DNA of 64,000 nt. Origin: a virus. The DNA lies in IMG/VR virus record IMGVR_UViG_3300032164_000001; one strand, given 5' to 3'. The position numbers and the translations under genes are program-made. The notes under the pieces were generated by a model. The model saw only the letters and a program-made list of their open reading frames with translations, ran no database searches and had not been told where the DNA came from. Shown one piece after another: positions 61,160 to 64,000 of the stretch (position 1 is its first letter; each line of letters begins with the position of its first letter).

Positions 61160-62410
61160 ATGTCAAGCAACGATAGACAGAGAAACAAGCAACTGGGTTA
61201 TGTCATCGCCGGCAAGCGTCTGCGAGGCGACGAGCACAAGGACACGCGCAAGCAGCTGTTCGCAGCCGGAGGGGTGTTCGATTCAGACTCGACGTGCTGG
61301 ATCTGCCCGAGCCGTGAGGTGTACGTGCAATTCCTCGCCAAGCTCGGGCTGAAGGAAGCAACTTCGGATCTGCCGAGGCCGCCCGTGGTAGCTCCTCCTG
61401 CCGGTCTACCGAAGGTGGAGCTCGTGGTGCAAGCTCAGCCCAAGCAGCCGGTCGAGAAGCCGGTCGAGAAACCCATCACCATCGAGCCAACGACGACGAC
61501 GGCGCCTTTGGCGTCGATGACTCCGCCTTCGACATCGACGACTACGCCTTCGACGACGACGGTGCCCTTGGCACCACTGGCTAAGAGGAGGATCTTAGAG
61601 CTGCCGCCGTCCTTCATCGTGATCCAGGAGGTGAAGGTCAAGGGTGACATCAGCTATCGCCGACTCGAAGAGGAGAGCAGTTCTTCAGAGGATGCCGATG
61701 GGACAACCATCACCAAGACTACCAAGAAGATAGAGACCGTTGTCTGCGATCCCGAGGAGTACGAGAAGGCCATGGTCCTCTCTGGCCAGTTCCGCGCCGC
61801 GCTACGCAAACTGGGTCAGGTGCTGCAGAGCGGGGTGGTGATTGTCCCGACGGCCAAGGAGGAAGAGCTGGACAAGCTCATCTCCGACACGCAAGGGGAG
61901 GCCTTGTTGTTCAACCGTCAGGCAAAGCATCATTACATCCGGACAGCGATGTTGAAGTCGCTCATCACAGGGGATGCCGAGGCTGCCTCACGTGGTATTG
62001 CTTACAAGCTACAGGAGACGATGGCCGAGCTCCGTCTTGCCCTGGAGCAGTGCGACGTGAAGCGGATCCGTTCAATCGCCGATTCGGCCAAGACGCTGAC
62101 CCGTATCATTCCGGCCAGAGAGGCGAACACGCTATCGGCTGCTCTAGCATCAGCCAAGCAGACAGCCAAGTGGATTCGCGACGAGCTCGAGGAGAAGGGC
62201 AAGCAGATCGAGGCCGTGCGGATGGAGGTAGCCAAGGCGAGCTTCGGTCCAATCGACGCTGCTCGTGCATCCTTCCTCGAGTTGTCGGGGCCCCTTGAGC
62301 TCAACGGTACTATCGAAGTTGGCGCGGAGCGCTTTGCGGCAATGGATTCCACAGAGCCAGTTGCGGTGGACGTGGATGTCGTGGTAAGTGCCAATCGCTT
62401 CGACATGTGA
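61160..62410 (+). CDS. Hypothetical protein with a Pro/Thr linker and helical C-domain, probably a partner of the ATPase
   Basis: 416 aa; its ERFAAMD/NRFDM ends echo the ATPase C-terminus ARFSAMD. Confidence 0.55.
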   Translation: MSSNDRQRNKQLGYVIAGKRLRGDEHKDTRKQLFAAGGVFDSDSTCWICPSREVYVQFLAKLGLKEATSDLPRPPVVAPPAGLPKVELVVQAQPKQPVEKPVEKPITIEPTTTTAPLASMTPPSTSTTTPSTTTVPLAPLAKRRILELPPSFIVIQEVKVKGDISYRRLEEESSSSEDADGTTITKTTKKIETVVCDPEEYEKAMVLSGQFRAALRKLGQVLQSGVVIVPTAKEEELDKLISDTQGEALLFNRQAKHHYIRTAMLKSLITGDAEAASRGIAYKLQETMAELRLALEQCDVKRIRSIADSAKTLTRIIPAREANTLSAALASAKQTAKWIRDELEEKGKQIEAVRMEVAKASFGPIDAARASFLELSGPLELNGTIEVGAERFAAMDSTEPVAVDVDVVVSANRFDM

Positions 62411-64000
62411 TGAAAGGACATGTTGCATGAGTGCACCATTGGAAGTTTTGCAAGCCCGTGTCGAAAGGCAGGCGGTCGTCACCGTGACGTTAAACTACTA
62501 TCCTGGAGCGCACTGGGACTGCGAGATGCGAACCATCAAGGGATATGTCGTGTGCACCAAACCGGCACGCCATTGGCGACAGTTGATCACGGAAGCCATC
62601 AGGCAACTGGAAGCACAGCCCTGAGCTCAGCACATGGAGAGTGGCAATGAAAGATAGGTTGATGGTCGTCGAGACCAGACAAGGATACACACTCCAGTGG
62701 AACTTGGGAGATGAGGATGACATGGGGGCAACCCTGGGGGAGTGCGAAGACCGCAAGTCGCTGCACAAGTTGGAACAGGACTTCAAGTCCGGCAAGGTTG
62801 CAGAGGTCGACAAGGAGCATGTTGCTGCCACGTTGGCCGCTTGGAAGCACGAGGACGTGCAGTACTCTACATATGATCGTGATGGCTTCTACTGGGAGAC
62901 AAAGGCTGGCGCCACCCAGGCGCTCCGATTGGCCAATATTGCAATCAAGGAGTTGAAGGACAATAAGCCTTGGCCGGACTGGGCGAAGCAGGCAGCAGCT
63001 CATGGCTGGAAGCCACCCAAAGGCTGGCAACCGTGAAGAAGGAGAGACCAACGTGAAGAAATACGAAGCACTGAGAAGAACGTATCGTCTGGTGGTATGC
63101 ATCGACGTGGCAGCCGAGTCGTTGGATGAAGCCTATGGGAAGATGTACGAGTCCCTGAACAGGCTCGGTCAAGACCTGTGCTGGGAATCGTCGGATGAGG
63201 CGTTCACACCCGACGGCGAACCGATCGAAGAGGTCGAGCTAGCACGAGCACGCATGAACTACATGGCCAGCAGGGGCGAGAGATGAACGAGTATTCCTGG
63301 AGAGTGCAAAAGGCTTGGATCGGAATCGAGAACGACACGGGTGTAGAACCGGTAGGAGATCTGCCGGAGATCACCCGGAAGATGACGATCATCGGCAAGC
63401 CGGCTGGGTGCATCGGTGTCATCATCCGGTCTGGCCGGGTGCAGGCTTGTGGCCAGTTCTGCTTCGTGAATGTGTCGGTGAATGGCAAGAAGGTCATTGC
63501 CAGTGGAGCCGAAGACCGCATCTATCCATTTCACTCGGTGAAGCTATCGGAGATCGGAGCCGTGCCGAAGGACATGATCCCAGCGCTTGGATTCAGCAAG
63601 GACGGCAACACGTACTGCTTTCTCTACAAGGGTCGAGTGGTTGCCATCGACGGGCCAGGCAAGGATGGCCCAGACAAGTCGCTTGTCGACGTGCCTCAGG
63701 AGCACTGGCAACCAGGCTGGGGTAAGGCACTCGGCGGCTGGTCGCCAGCCGTATGAGAAGCAATGACCGTGAAAGAACTCATTGACTACCTCGAACAGCT
63801 GGAGAACAAAGACCAGCTTGTCGTACTGCATGGCAAGCGTGGATTCATCGGCGTGGCCGAAGCCCTGACTGCTGTTCTCACCCCCGGATACAACTGGGAT
63901 GAGGACAGGCAGCAACAGCCAGCCATATGGCTCAAGCCGAAGAAGGACTGGAGAGACAAATGATAGATCCCAGAACCAGGGACTGCACGCTGTTCCTCGG

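Noticed and set aside
1-64000. Alternative genetic code or stop-codon reassignment
   Set aside because: Recognisable genes are full length in code 11 and end in TAA, TAG and TGA.

Overview
A 64-kb, gene-dense, GC-rich segment that looks like part of a large bacteriophage genome. No capsid, terminase, polymerase or integrase gene is recognisable inside the window. A Pro-Asp-repeat, Cys-rich lipoprotein suggests a Myxococcota-like host (inference). All protein-family calls are motif recognition by eye, with no database searches. Layout: (1) 1-3.0 kb, end of a tail/lysis-like module. (2) 3-19 kb, nucleotide-metabolism and accessory genes (ThyX, dNMP kinase, RlpA-like, DNA MTase, HAD phosphatase, MazG-like, macro domain, SLOG, stand-alone NrdJ C-terminal domain, Pth2-like). 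(3) 17.6-22.5 kb, an RNA-centred locus with five aberrant tRNA-like RNAs and a TROVE/Ro60-like vWA protein. (4) 26.8-30.8 kb, a ubiquitin-like module (E2-like, JAB, Ubl, E1) with a TusE/DsrC gene nearby. (5) 31-57 kb, many small genes, tandem repeats and an ori/terminus-like repeat cluster. (6) 58-62 kb, an intein-containing AAA ATPase. Best candidate for an undescribed system: three tRNA-mimic RNAs and the 5' leader of the vWA gene all carry the same 4x4 internal loop (ACUC/AAUR) in covarying stems, grafted at a different place each time. This suggests a Y-RNA-like ribonucleoprotein with translational autoregulation. Second candidate: a phage-borne ubiquitin-like conjugation pathway. Four families of dispersed repeats all lie on the + strand whatever the local gene orientation.
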